From NCBI GenBank assembly GCA_951406725.2, contig OX597834.1, positions 4,464,001 through 4,528,000 on the forward strand: DNA of 64,000 bases, written 5' to 3'. Positions 26,800-40,133 of the stretch are shown here, piece after piece. Made by a program: the position numbers and the translations under genes. Positions within the stretch are counted from its first letter, which is position 1. Each line of letters opens with the position of its first letter. Origin of the DNA: Octopus vulgaris (taxonomy: Eukaryota). Below the pieces are notes generated by a model. The model did no database searches and was not told the DNA's origin. It was given only the letters and a program-made list of their open reading frames with translations.

Positions 26800-27135
26800 A
26801 ATTGGAAGAGTCAAGAAAACGGATAGGCTTGTTTCACATCAGCTGAACAAGATTCAAAAGAACAGACGTCTTGAAGTGTGCTCCTTATTGCTTTCTCGAC
26901 TGGAAAAAGACCATTTTTGCATCAAATCATTACTTGTGATGAGAAATGGATGCTCCTTGACAACAACAGAACAGAACAGTGATTATATGCAGTCACCTAA
27001 AGACTACTCGAACTCACCATTGCACACTAAAACGTCAGTGGCCACTGTATGGTGGTCTGCGAACGAAGTTGTTCATTATTCATTTTTGCATCAAGGGAAA
27101 ATAGTAACAGTAACATCGTATTACCAGGAAACCTA
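26800..27135 (+). mobile_element. Mariner transposase fragment
   Basis: HQLNKIQKNRRLEVCSLLL, IITCDEKW, ATVWWS..VVHYSFL..G..VT..YY. Confidence 0.8.
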
Positions 27136-27139
27136 ATAT

Positions 27140-28250
27140 TTTACTGTCTCCACAGTCTTACATGGAGAATTCAGTATTATCCTCTGATATGAATTCTGCT
27201 CTTGTGTGAGATTTCTTAAGACGTTTTGGATGACGTTTGCTGTTCTTTATGAGATTTTCTTCAACCAGATTTCTCATTTTGGTGTTTGAAAAAAGTATTC
27301 GTAGATTTGTTTTTATTGCATTGAATATGTTGTTCTTTTTAATGGTAACGAAGTTAACTGCGCGCTGACGATCTTTAATTTTGAAAGCCGTGTTTTATGC
27401 TTGTAATAATCAGCAGCAATATACGAAAATGTAAAAATATATTGATTCGATCTATTTCAAAATCTATTTAAACAAAACAGACATCGATTGCAAATAATGC
27501 AAAGCATATTTTTTTCAATAGTAAAATAATTTGTTTTATTTTAGTGGAAATATTTTAAGACTAGCTTACTAAAATTCGGTGGCCATCAAATCTAGAAAAA
27601 CACCTTTGTACTGCAAAGTATGGCATTCGTAAAATAATAAAAGCTATAGAACGAAAAGGAATTTGAATTAAAACTGAAACATAAATTAATACACAAACAA
27701 AATGTAAATTAATACATTGATTAAATAATAAATAATCAGATGATATACATAAATGCATACAAATTTTTATTTTTACGAGTTCGTTAAAATATGTTCTGAA
27801 ATTGTTACAGAACGAACGATATTTTGATTGGGAATTATATACAAAATTTCCGTCTGTCTTAAAACATAATAATATATGGACAATTATTACAAGATATATG
27901 GGAGTTATGTCAAGTTTAATGGTTTCGCTTCTTAAAAATAATTCTTACATTTATCTCAGCTTTTGTTGTGGTGATGGCTGTTCTTAATGAGGATATCGTT
28001 CTTAAAAAGCCTATTGTTTGAATTGTTTATATCTTAATTTCTATAATTGTTGATTTTTGTTTTGGTCTTTTGTTTTTACATATTTTCAGAAATATTTTAT
28101 AGATATTGCTTTGCAAGTTTCCAAGATAAAATACTGCTTTTTGACATATCCAAATAAATTCAATATTTCAAAACAATATTTTATAATGGTTCTAATGAAC
28201 ATAAATATAAGGTATTAAGTGGCAAAGAATAAAACCAAATTTTTCAAAGA
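27140..28250 (-). mobile_element. Heavily decayed PLE RT/linker remnant
   Basis: SKRHPKRLKKSHTRAEF resembles the PLE linker SKRQP.NLK..LTRA.F; otherwise AT-rich decay. Confidence 0.35.
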
Positions 28251-28337
28251 AACACGTACGTTTATATCTGTATTCCTGCACACGCATATATTTCTATAGC
28301 ATGATTCGGACGGCGAAGATAATAAAAATGAGCGGGA

Positions 28338-28341
28338 GAAG

Positions 28342-28373
<32 letters not shown>

Positions 28374-28470
28374 GAGAGAAAGAGAGAAAGAGAGAGAGAG
28401 AGTGAGAGATTGATATATATATATATATAGAGAGAGAGAGAAAGAGAGAGAGAGTGAGAGAGTGAGAGAT

Positions 28471-28523
<53 letters not shown>

Positions 28524-28531
28524 TGAGAGAT

Positions 28532-28587
<56 letters not shown>

Positions 28588-28595
28588 TGAGAGAT

Positions 28596-28653
<58 letters not shown>

Positions 28654-28715
28654 TGAGAGATTGATATATATATATATAGAGAGAGAGAGAAAGAGAGAGG
28701 GAGAAAAAGAGAAAA
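28338..28715. repeat. Higher-order repeat: [(GA)n-TGAGAGATTGA-(TA)n] about 5 times
   Basis: Constant linker gagagattga between variable GA and TA tracts. Confidence 0.9.
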
Positions 28716-29746
28716 AGTAAACGAAATAAACTAATGAGTATTATGCTAATTTTTGTTGATTAGATTTCCTTATGTTTTATACATGCTGTTGTAGTTAGGG
28801 TACACTTGGATAAAAGAGATTGATTAATGATCAAGTTCATTGAAAACAAATATTGATTACTCTTTGTCTAAATGACTCGTTCATGCGATTTAAAAATTCT
28901 GATAATATGTATTTATATTTAATCGAAACAAGTTATTACAAATACAACCAGGTGAGTGGCGAGGTTTCCACATGAGTGGTTGTCAATCTGTTATATACTA
29001 ACCTCCCACTTTTCTATATTAACGACATTTTTGTTAGTCCTTCTTTATGAAAGAGAATAAATTATTATCAAAGTTAGCCGCCATGTTTCTTCCGCCGCCA
29101 TCGTGTTGGAAAGTTTAAAATATTTAAAACTAACTCGTAGTCATTAACGTAAACACGACAACTAGTCTGATCCCTTTCAAATTTACAGGACCACACAGGG
29201 ACCCCCTCTAAGAAACACTGACATCAACAGAGAAGGAGTCGTCATCTCTATCTTGGTTGTTTGCATTTACGGCTTAATCCTTAAATCTATGAACGTAGAT
29301 AAGATTAGTATTTGCGCTAAACCAACGTTTTGTCCAATATGGAGTCTATTGCACTTCTAAACAAACACTTAGGTTTACTACCAGGCTTAGGTTTCCCTGT
29401 GATACTAAAAGTATATATATAATAATATTAGGGAGTATAACTCCAAACTTACAGGGAAACTTCATTTTAGTATTAAATCAAATTTCAGAGTATAAATACA
29501 TAAAATATGAATTAGAGATAAAATTACTATTATGCAACTAAAAAAAAAATTATAATTATATATATATTATTTGTTATTTATGTATTGGTTTATGTCTATC
29601 ACTGTTTGAGTTGCATAATAGTGGTTTTATCTCTAATTCATATTTATTTCTTTATTGTCCACAGGGGGCTAAACATAAATTAAGTCGATTATATCGACCC
29701 CAGTGGTTTACTGGTACTTATTTATTCATATTATATATATCTATCA

Positions 29747-29820
<74 letters not shown>

Positions 29821-29849
29821 ATATATATATATATATATATAGATATATA

Positions 29850-30062
29850 GATCGCCATGTTGATTCGCTACCCTCTGCACGCATTTTTTCTCTCCTTGTT
29901 TCTTTCTGTGTTTCTTTTCTGTGTATCTTTCTGTTGAAGAGCGTAGGCTCGAAACGTAAAAGACTTGTTTTATTTATATTCCTGAGCGCCATACTAATAC
30001 AATTGTTTTTTTGTACTCCACCTGCCTCCGTCTTTTGTTTATTTTCATAAAGCTTCCCGTTA
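29850..30062 (+). mobile_element. About 215-bp hammerhead-bearing element in (TA)n (motif 29926-29963)
   Basis: TCTTT-CTGTTGA-A-GAGC GTAG GCTC-GAAA-CGT-A-AAAGA; copy of 3426-3641. Confidence 0.75.
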
Positions 30063-30159
30063 TATATATATATACATACATACATACATACATACATACA
30101 TACATACAACATACATACATACATATATATATATATCTTAATGTATATATATACAAGCA

Positions 30160-30281
30160 TGGCTGTGTAGTAAGAAGATTGCTTCCCAACCACGTGGTTC
30201 CACTGTGTGACACCCTGGGCAGCTGTCTTCTATTATAGCCTTGTGAGTGAATTTGGTAGAAGGAAACTGAAAGAAGCCCGT

Positions 30282-30343
<62 letters not shown>

Positions 30344-30713
30344 TGCAGCGTGGCAATGTGGTACGAAGCTTGCTTCCCAACCACATGGTTCCAGGTTCAG
30401 TCCCACTACGTGGCACCTTGGGCAAGTGTCTTCTATAAACTCGGGCTGACCAAAGCTTTCTGAATGGATTTGATAGAAGGAAACGGAAAGAAGCCCGTCG
30501 TATATATATATATTTTTGTGTGTGTGTCTTTGTCCCCCCACCATCGCTTGACAGCCGATATTGGTGTACTTACGTCCCTGTGGCCTAGCGGTTCGGCAAA
30601 GTGACCGATAGAAAAAGTACTAGGTTTAAGAAGAATAAGTTCCGGGGTCGATTTGCTCGACTAAAGGCGGTGCTCCACCCTGGCCTCAGCCAAATGACTG
30701 AAACAAGTAAAAG
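30160..30713 (+). mobile_element. SINE family B: a 5' half (30160-30285) followed by a full copy (30342-30713)
   Basis: Two heads separated by (TA)n. Confidence 0.8.
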
Positions 30714-31202
30714 ATGCACACACACACACATACATTATTTACTAACGGATATTGGAAAGTTCCTGGCTTTAACGGTGTCGCGAAAGGCCCGGCTGGAGTC
30801 TCAAACTTCCGATTTATTTTACTGGGTTTCGAAAAACTGAAGGACCACTGCAATAAATGTGTGAATCTGAAAGGGGAATATGGTCAATAAAATGATAAGG
30901 AACTGATCCTGCGGCATTTTCTTTAACCCAAACCCAGGAACTTTACAGCAATCTCTCGTGTATATATTAGGCCGCTGACATTCGTTGACGCTGCATGGAA
31001 GACGACGTAACCAAAGAACAAAAAAAAAGAAAGAAATGCACTCAATACCAGCCACCTCCAAAAGGTTGGGGTGGCGGGCGGCGCCACGTTGGAAAATGGT
31101 TCCTCCTGATGACGCCCTTAGCTACTGGATCCTTTAAAGGAGTTATTGAGTTAGCGAACCACAAAACGTGGTTGGAATTCCTATATATATATATATATAT
31201 AT

Positions 31203-31471
31203 AGCAATAATAATTCTCTAAACGAGGTATATACAGTAATTGCTCCATAACATAAGGGACGTTAGCCATCCGAATATGGCTAGGGACAGGGCAGGGCGGT
31301 GGGGGTGTTACTGATGCATTTAGCCCCAGGCGATCATCAACGTCACCAGGAGGGCGGCGTCAGCCCTCCTGGTGACGTTGATGATCGCCTGGGGCTAAAT
31401 GCATCAGTACCACCCCCACCGCCCTGCTCTGTCCCTAGCCATATTCGGATGGCTAACGTCCCTTATGTTAT
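31203..31471. mobile_element. GC-rich near-perfect fold-back (31247-31471) between (TA)n tracts
   Basis: About 110-bp arms, 7-nt loop ggcgtca; arm resembles 16375-16452, which lies downstream of the 16531-16575 motif. Confidence 0.7.
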
Positions 31472-31947
31472 ATATATATATATATATTATTATATGTAGA
31501 AAAATACAAACTGGGACAAGAACGCAAAACACTTAGAAGACGACACAAAAAACACGGACGGGACATTCGAAGCCCTCAATCTTCAGTCAAGAACCGGATC
31601 ATCCTAGCAATTTCGGCTGATTAATCTTGAGATCGCTCCGATCCGGCCAGCCCCAAGGAAAAACTAAGCTACGAGCATTAGATTTCTTGGAGAAGGATCG
31701 AATGTATACGAAACAGGGACAGAAAAACGGACGATGCCACACGAATATAAAATACAAAAAAACAATAATGAAATACAAAAAACAAAAATGAAATACAAAA
31801 AACAATAATGGTAAAAACAGGACGAAAACATCAGGTGTCTTACGACTAATCACAGTACAACAAGTTTAGCTGGCGTATTTGGAAAAAATGCCTTTTCGTC
31901 AGACAAAGACAACGATGTTCTCACGGCGCTGGTCGGAGGCAAAAAGG

Positions 31948-32003
<56 letters not shown>

Positions 32004-34367
32004 ATATATATGTATATATGTATAAAAAATATATATAAAAATACAAAATGGGACAAGAACGCAAAACACTCAAATAGACGACACAAAAAAACGGACGGGT
32101 CATTCGAAGCCTCTAATCTTCAGTCAAGAACCGGATCATCCTCGCAATTTCGGCTGATTAAGCACACATATATATATATATATATATATATCTACACACA
32201 CGCATAAGTACATATCTGTGAATAAAATACAGGTGTTGACGTAATCGACTAACCCTTGTGCCTCAAAGTTGCATCTTGTTCCTAACTGAGAAATCATGTT
32301 ACTAGCATTATCATTATCTCTTTATAGCTGTTAGAAGGAAATATTATTCTCTCAGCTGTTACATTTCTGAATTTTAATGTATCTTAACGTTTATTCTTGT
32401 ATCATTTTCAGAATTAACATTGCAATCCGAGTCACGTCATCTAATTTCAAGTAAAGGTTCCAGGTTCATCTGAACATAGAAACTATTCATTCAGATCTCG
32501 TGCATCAATTCGAAACTATTTTGATGGTATTTATCGAAGCATAATTTTCATGGTGCTTATTGTAGTTATTTTGGACCGTGTCTACCTATGTATAAACCAG
32601 GAATCCTGTTTCGTAAATAAGAAATTATTAGCTTGATACAAAGATACATATTTGTGCCGAAGCGAGAAACCAGATGTTTCGATATTCATCCTTTTTGAAT
32701 TGAATTTGTGATATAAGTAGAAATAGATTGTTTCGACGTGGATATGGAACCATGATTACTGGGAAGTTCCTGCTTCTTGTTTTCAACCGAACATCTTCCC
32801 AGTAATAACTGACATTGAATCTTTTCCCTTCCTTTCGTACACTGTTACAATATTTTCTTACTTAGACTTGAGCCTGACACTTTCATATTGACGAAAGAAG
32901 GAAGTACTTCCAATATTTACAGCAGTTGATTTCATGAATTGGTGTGTTCTCATTTGCAATGAAATGAATTTAATTTATGACCTATCTGACGTTATGCACC
33001 GGGTTAGAATACAAGTCAATGATCATCTGTTGTAGTGCAGTACCTATTCACTTACCCAGATTACTCCGCGTCAAATAGTTCCTCTAATTGCAATATAAGA
33101 ACATTAGGGTAATAAATAATCAAAATGGTAAATATCATTAATAAAAGCATAAAATACTTCTGTAATCATGATTCAAAAGTACGAAAATATAAACGTTAAA
33201 AGATGATGATTACAAGTTTCGTACCGTAAATTCCGTTTGTCTTTTATATCATTTTGAAAATATCTTCCACATTCTAACAGATAGATTTGCATGAAAATTC
33301 ATACATGAAATTATGGTTGGGGTGTAATGTGTTGTGCTTGCGTATGAATATCTGTGGAAATATGGAAAAATAAACGGTAAACATATTTTATGATATATTC
33401 ATTTTCACATCTTAAGAACTGGTTAATGATGGTCATGTAATGCTCTCACTGGAAGCCGAAGACTTTTCTTTTAGTCTATTGATTCATTAATGGCAATTAA
33501 TAAAACAACAATAATGATCACTGTGATGGCGGGAAGACAAATATAAACGGCATTCACCAGAAATATAATGTAGATAGAAGTAATTTTCTCGTGAAAGAAG
33601 TAAACGAATAGAAAACAAAATGGAAGAAAAAAAATGGAAACAACAATATCTTAAACAATAGCTAAATAACTAAATAAATACATAATTAAATGACAAATAA
33701 ATAAATGAAATAACATGCCAAAAATATCTCACAAAATCACAATTAGAAAGAGCGAAAATAAAAGAAAAACCGCGCCACTGAAGAATAGATTGATCCCCCC
33801 CCCCGCGTTCTCTCTTATATAAGGTCATTTGTTACACGTTATTTTTTTTCTCATGTAATGTCGGACCTCAAAGGAACACAATTTCTATTTAATTATGTCT
33901 GGAAATTATCAAACGTTTCTCTGTGTGATTCTGTATGTCATTATATAATCTGTCATATACTTGGTTTTATATCTTTTATTTTTCGTCAGTGGAAGCGTAA
34001 TTAAGGTTTGTGTGTTAGTCTTGTGCTGGTTTTTGTTTTGGGTATTTTTCGTTATATATTTAATGTTAGTGACCGGGATTGTTATTGGAAGTCTTCTCAA
34101 TCGTATTTGAAGTATTTCTATTTGTGTTGATTTTTTCAGTGTGTTTGTGGTAGTGTTTTTTTTTTTTATTATTGATGGAATAAGATTGAACATTCTCTGT
34201 TATGATGATAAAGGCATTGCAATTCTTTGGCGTTCATAAATCTCATTTTCGTTATTGAGCTCCAAATATATATTTTTTTATTGCTGATCATGTTGTTTTT
34301 TCAGCCCCGGGTTAGCTCTAATTGGCCAGGCTTATTTATCTAAGACTACATTATCCAAAGTGTTCGT

Positions 34368-34602
34368 CTGTGTGTGTGTGTGTGTGTGCGTGCGTATCTT
34401 TGTGTTTGTGTTTGTTCCCCACCACCGTTTGACAACCGGTGTTGTTTTTGCGTCCCTGTAATTTAGCGGTTCGACAAAAGAGACCGATAGAATAAGTACC
34501 AGACTTAAAAGATGTCCTGAGGTCGATTCATTTGACTAAAACTTCTTGAAGGCGGTGTCCCAGCATGGCCGCACTGTGATGAATGAAACAAACTATAAAA
34601 GA
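34368..34602 (+). mobile_element. SINE family B, 3' half
   Basis: ttagcggttcgacaaaagagaccgatagaataagtac...cagcatggccgca. Confidence 0.8.
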
Positions 34603-34689
34603 TATGTTGTTTCATATCAATTAAGGTGTTGGATCTAAGTTCAGGGAATTCGCCATTCTTAATGCTAACAAAAGTAAAAAAACAACAGC

Positions 34690-34930
34690 AAAAACTCTGG
34701 GATAAGATGCAGAAATAAAATAGTGGGTTTCGTCCAAGCATTTGCTGTCTTTAGCACAATCAGATTCGTTGAAAGCATTTGGACCGTATATCTTGTATAA
34801 TAGTAACACCTTCTCAGCCAAGGATATCTTGCAAGTGGGCCCCGTGTACTGCTTTAAGAATATATGTCATAGGTCAAACTGTGGTTAAGTTATTGGAATT
34901 TATCCATTAGAGTCTTGCAATAGAATGATT
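34690..34930 (-). mobile_element. PLE GIY-YIG endonuclease C-terminal remnant
   Basis: TCKISLAEKVLLLY..NAFNES..SKCLDETHYF resembles the PLE C-terminus C.LCL.EK..I..LN.RSE..SKCRH..F. Confidence 0.5.
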
Positions 34931-35702
34931 ATTGTATTGAATTTTAAAAGAATAAATGGATAAAGTTATATCTATAATTACATTTGTTTGTTTTTCTCAT
35001 CGTTGAAACAACCCCATATTGAACTCCTTTGTCAATTACCGTGGTGACAAATAGTATGTTTATAGTATGAGAAGCTGCGACATTTTGCACCTGGAATGTT
35101 AAACAACATTATTACTAAAATAATTTTGTAAATGAGCTTATCTAATATTCATAGAATTTAACCTGTTTAAATCACACTTTTTTTTACTTCAAAATAAAAT
35201 AATATTCGTATTCTCTCTGCAGCCTGGAAGGTGACGTCGCGATAACAATTTTGTAAGTTGTTTTAGCTTATGAATCAGTTGCTAAACTGCATTGCTTATT
35301 CTTTATTAAAGACAATATTTGTCAGTAATTGCTTAAGTTAAATTGATTTTTTCCTGGCAGAAACCCTTGAACTTTATAATGGAATAATATGCAAACGTGT
35401 GACATGCATAGTTAGCTTTTCGTTAAAATACATTGAATTAGCTGCATCAGGTGATTTTATTCATGCAGTTATGTAAAGTCTCAAAAAGCTGGGGAGATGA
35501 TTTCGGAAATCCATATAGATTTCTACAGTGTTATACTAACTGCAGGAAATTGGTAAAAATAAGTATACATCGGTATTCAAGACACAGGATTTACTTAAAG
35601 AATTCAACAACGAAGGTACGTTAGATAATTATTATAAGAAAACTACTTCGGTCTTAGATCTAGGCCTTGATAAAATATGATAGAGCTGCAATAATGATTT
35701 CA

Positions 35703-35897
35703 ATGTTTGGCACAATGACAAAAGGCCAGCAATTTCGGGGAAGGGGTTATGTCGATTACATAGACCCCAGTGTTCAACTGGTATTTATTTTATCGACCCA
35801 GGAAGGATGAAAGGCAAATTCAACCCTGGTGGAATTTGAACTCAGAACGTAAAGACGAATGAAATGTCGCTAAGCGCTTTGCCCAGCATGCTAACGC
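35703..35897 (-). mobile_element. SINE family C (Meta-domain-like)
   Basis: Reverse complement of ttgcctttcatcct..gggtcgataaaataa.taccag block. Confidence 0.8.
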
Positions 35898-37519
35898 ACA
35901 CACACACACACTTTGGGATTGTAGTCAATAAGTTAAAAACCGATCTATATTTTGTTGGCTTGGAGTTAAACTGAACTGAATTCTTTAGTTATTGATCCAT
36001 TTGATAATGGCTTATTTGAAATCGATGAGAAACAAAGTACTGTATAGAGTAAGATGTGTCGATATTATATTTCGATGTAGCAATTACTGGCGGAAAGCAC
36101 GAAAGGATAATTCTCTTTGTTCCGGGCTGATATCATTTTTCAAAAGATCTCTCAAATATAAAACTGACCACATATTTATATATACCATGAATCTAGTATT
36201 TTTCTAAATAATTTTTCTACTTTTGAAACAATCGACGAAAGAGCACGATTTAATGATGACATCCATTGCGGTTTTTTCCCTGAGAAATATGCTCAAAGCA
36301 AAATGGAAATTTTATAGAAACTTAGTTTTAAAATCAAATTATGATGTTATCAAAATTATATTAGCTATACGGCACTGTAATTATGTTATCTGTAGTCAAA
36401 TTATATTTTAAAAATTATAATCCTTTAATTGGATATGTATGTAATTGTGTATTCTAATACCTTCAGTTAACTGTGGCAAATGATAGAACGAAAATATCAC
36501 TAACCCAGACAGAGACCAGTTAATTTCCCAAGCGAAAATAAAATTGATTTTGCCTGGACTTATTAACCCCCTCCAACCCAATTTAAGTGGCCTGGCATAG
36601 TTTGTAAAATAATGAGAATAGCATGATATGATGGTGGAACTAATAAATTATCTGATGAGTTGTAGCGTTACTGTATATTGAAGGTAATGTGCGACGATTA
36701 GTGCCGTAGTGAAATGAATGGAACTAATTGATATTGTAACCATGTTGCACTTACATTTCAGTGTTTGTTGATCAAATAACAATAAGCCTGAGGTCCCTTT
36801 ATAAAGGAAATGAGAAGGTGGGATATCGTGTATACATCAGGAAACTAAAACACATAGAGCCTTCAGGAACCCAAGTACTCTACAAATATCCACTAGCGGA
36901 ACTGTCGAATTCTTAAAACATTGGAAATTATCAGAAGCTTGGAAAACTTTTAACAATTCCATAGCTTAAAAAGAAAATGCAAGTGGCATCATACAGAAAC
37001 ATTACTCCACTGCAGACTCTCAAATACTCCGGAAATCCATACATGACTCTCTCGAGATTTAGTCCATAACACACAACCACTAAACTGCGCACAACTTTAA
37101 CATAAAATGTAGTGAAACTTAAAAACACTTCTACATGCACCGTTACTATTATTGAAATCAGCAAAACTTTCAACTCCATGCTTTCAACGAAAATATAAAA
37201 TTGAGCTGCCAAGCGTATGTATTATACGAGAACTATACTTCCAGAATCTGCGATATTCCAACAGGAGTACAACTAGATCCGACCTCTCACACACTCTCTT
37301 CAACTGAAACCGACGTAACCTTCTCACATTTTCTCGAAACATACAAATGATTTTGTTAGCAGATTATATTGCGTTCACTCCCCACGCAATTTTCCAAACA
37401 TAGCTATACAAAGTTTCTTGTTTAGTGCTACAGCGTGGTACGTTGGGAAATATTCTTGTGACTGGATATGGTGGAAACTGAAAGAACCCCATCCTATATA
37501 ATAATATAAAATAGTATTC

Positions 37520-39550
37520 AATAACTTCACGGTGTGTCTTACAAATCTTGTGGTATTTGTTAGATTTTAGAAAATACTTACCTAAGGCAACAATTACTTA
37601 GTAATCCCGGATGATATTCGTGATCCGAAGATTGGATTAGGCCACAAAACATTAAATATTTTATACTTTTTGTTCGGTCTGTGACTACTAATATAAATTG
37701 TGGAAGGGTCATTGCCCAAGGAGTTACGTTCTACCTAATATTTAGACTAATACTGTTTTCACTTCTAATTTTATTTAATGTGTCAATTTTCACTCTTAAT
37801 TAGTCTGACATGACCACCTCCCTCTATTGCGTGCTTACAATTTTATCTATTAAGGTAAGGCTTAGTTCTATTACTATTGTGGCTCTGTAGATTAATTAGA
37901 TTATTATTAAGCAAATATTTCCTTTTCTCTGTATAAGCAACCCTGGCCAATGCTGCACTGCAATAGTGTCCATGTGTGTTATTTAACTTCTTTCCTTAGC
38001 CAAAAGTTTGGGTATTCGATTAGATATGTTTCTTACAAGTCCGTTCATAATAGAGGGTGGGTGATTAGATTTTACATTTATATATCTCAGGTTTTCGTTT
38101 GGCTTATGGTGTAGTTCGAATGATCTTGCATCCAAATTAAATGTTAGATCGAGAAAATTTACTTCACGGTAATTATTTTCTGTATTAACGGATTGTCCAA
38201 AATTTTTGAAGAATTTAAATAGTCGTTTCTTGTATCTCTCCATTTCTACCTTATTAAACCTATAAGTTATGAAGAATGTGTCGACCCTATACAGGTTATT
38301 CCCCATCCGTGAAAACCAGGACCAGATCTGGAATAGGATATATATTCTGACAAGCTCAGTGACTTTCGCTGAGTCACTAGATCCCATTGTAATATCGAAA
38401 GAGTCTATTCTATCTGATCTCGTCCCTAGTTTATTATCAAAATCTATCAGAATACCATGTGCAGCTAGTATAATATCTAACTCTGACCTAGAAAAATCAG
38501 AATTGCGCATGGCAAAAATTAAAGCCTTGTTCAGAAGAACCAGACTAACAGTAGAATAATAATTTGATATGTCGAGTTGTGTAAATTTGCTACTTTTAAT
38601 CCAATTCAGTCTTTTGAACCATCCAACAGACCATAGAGAGTGTTTAATCTTCGATCTAAAATTTGGAAGTATTCTGTCAATAATACTTTTACTAATCCTA
38701 CCAATATCCAATTTAGAGGGGCACACTTGTCTATCTGTAGGGTTATTATCAAAGTTAGTATTATACAAAGTTTAGTTAATTCTAGCTTTTTTTGAGGGGG
38801 CATATGGCTCAGTTCTATCTTCTATTCCGTGTTGTGTAAATATTTCAAAGCTCTTATTTACACCAGTTAATGCATCTCTAGTTCTTTCATGATTAGTAAA
38901 AAATAGTGTTATTTTAACAATGTATGACTTACCAGTTTTATCCGCCGGTACTAATATGCCTAAGGCGTCGAGCTGGCAGAATCGTTAGCACGCCAGGAGA
39001 AATGCTTAGCGGTATTTCGTCTGTCGCTGCGTTCTGAGTTCAAATTCCGCTGAGGTCGACTTTGCCTTTCATCCTTTCGGGGTCGATTAAATAAGTACCA
39101 GTTACGCACTGAGGTTGATATAATCAACTTAATCCGTTTGTCTGTCCTTGTTTGTCCTGTCTGTGTTTAGCCCCTTGTGGGTAGGAAAGAAATAGGTATT
39201 TCGTCTGCCGCTACGTTCTGAGTTCAAATTCCGTGGAGGTCGACTTTGCCTTTCATCCTTTCGGGGTCGATTAAATAAGTTCCAATCGACTTAACCCATT
39301 TGTCTGTCCTTGTTTGTCCCCTCTGTGTTTAGCTCCTTGTGGGTAGTAAAGAAATAGGTACTAATATGCCTGATGCTCTTTGGAATTCCTCCAGTGGTTT
39401 TCTCAATTTTTACTGGCGTTGTTGTCTTCTTTTTGTTGGTAGTTGATGTCTTCTTGGATTTTATAATTTTTATGATTTTATACAATTCCTCCTTAAAAGT
39501 TCTAGGCGTTGATATGTTGGTAGGATTTTCAGGTAGTTAAATTGTCTCTT
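37520..39550 (-). mobile_element. Decayed Penelope-like retroelement RT, interrupted by a SINE
   Basis: LVPADKTG, DIGRISKSIID, QLDISNYYS, FDITMGSSDSAKVTELV, LYRVD (decayed YRDD), VNFLDLTFNL, KPNENLRYINVKSNHPPSI; outer limits approximate. Confidence 0.85.
38962..39356 (+). mobile_element. SINE family C dimer
   Basis: 15-bp TSD ggtactaatatgcct (38947-38961 / 39357-39371) flanks the whole dimer. Confidence 0.92.
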
Positions 39551-39668
39551 ATTGAATCTACAATTAGTTCCGCCGGTAAACTGGTAAAATGCCACCTCAA
39601 TTTAGGTATACATTGTGAAACTGACGAGAAGACATGACGAGAAGATATTTCGAAGAACTTGTTTAAAT

Positions 39669-39777
39669 AGTCACCCTAGGAAGCGCATTCTACAACTATG
39701 ATGTAAGATAATTGACTTCACAACACCTCACCTATGAACTACAGGGGCGAAAATGCGTCGAAACAATTGTAGTGGCT
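39669..39777 (+). ncRNA. Decayed hammerhead-like motif beside the PLE RT
   Basis: AGTCAC-cctaggaa-GCGCATT...AATGCGTC-GAAA-CAATTGT-A-GTGGCT; stems pair, 5' core damaged. Confidence 0.45.
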
Positions 39778-39800
39778 TTGAATAAAGAATGTCGCTCGCT

Positions 39801-40133
39801 GGCGTGGCTGTCTGGTAAGAAGTTTGCTTCCCAACCACATGGCTCCGGGTTAGGATCCGCTACATGTGGAGCCTTCGGCTAGTATTTTCTACTATAGCCT
39901 CGGATCGACTAGAGACTTGTGAGTGGAAATGGTAGGCGGAAACTGAAGGACGCTCATCGAGTGTATATATACTTATACATATATATGTATGTGTGTGTGT
40001 ATGTTTGTGTGTGTGTGTCTTTGTTTCCGTATCTGTCCCTCACCATCGCTTCACAACCGGTGTTGGATTTATTTACGTCCCTGTAAATTAGCAGTTCGGC
40101 AAAAGAGAGGCCGATAAGATAAGTACAAGACTT
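39801..40133 (+). mobile_element. SINE family B, diverged, 3'-truncated
   Basis: Head and internal blocks match the family. Confidence 0.75.
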
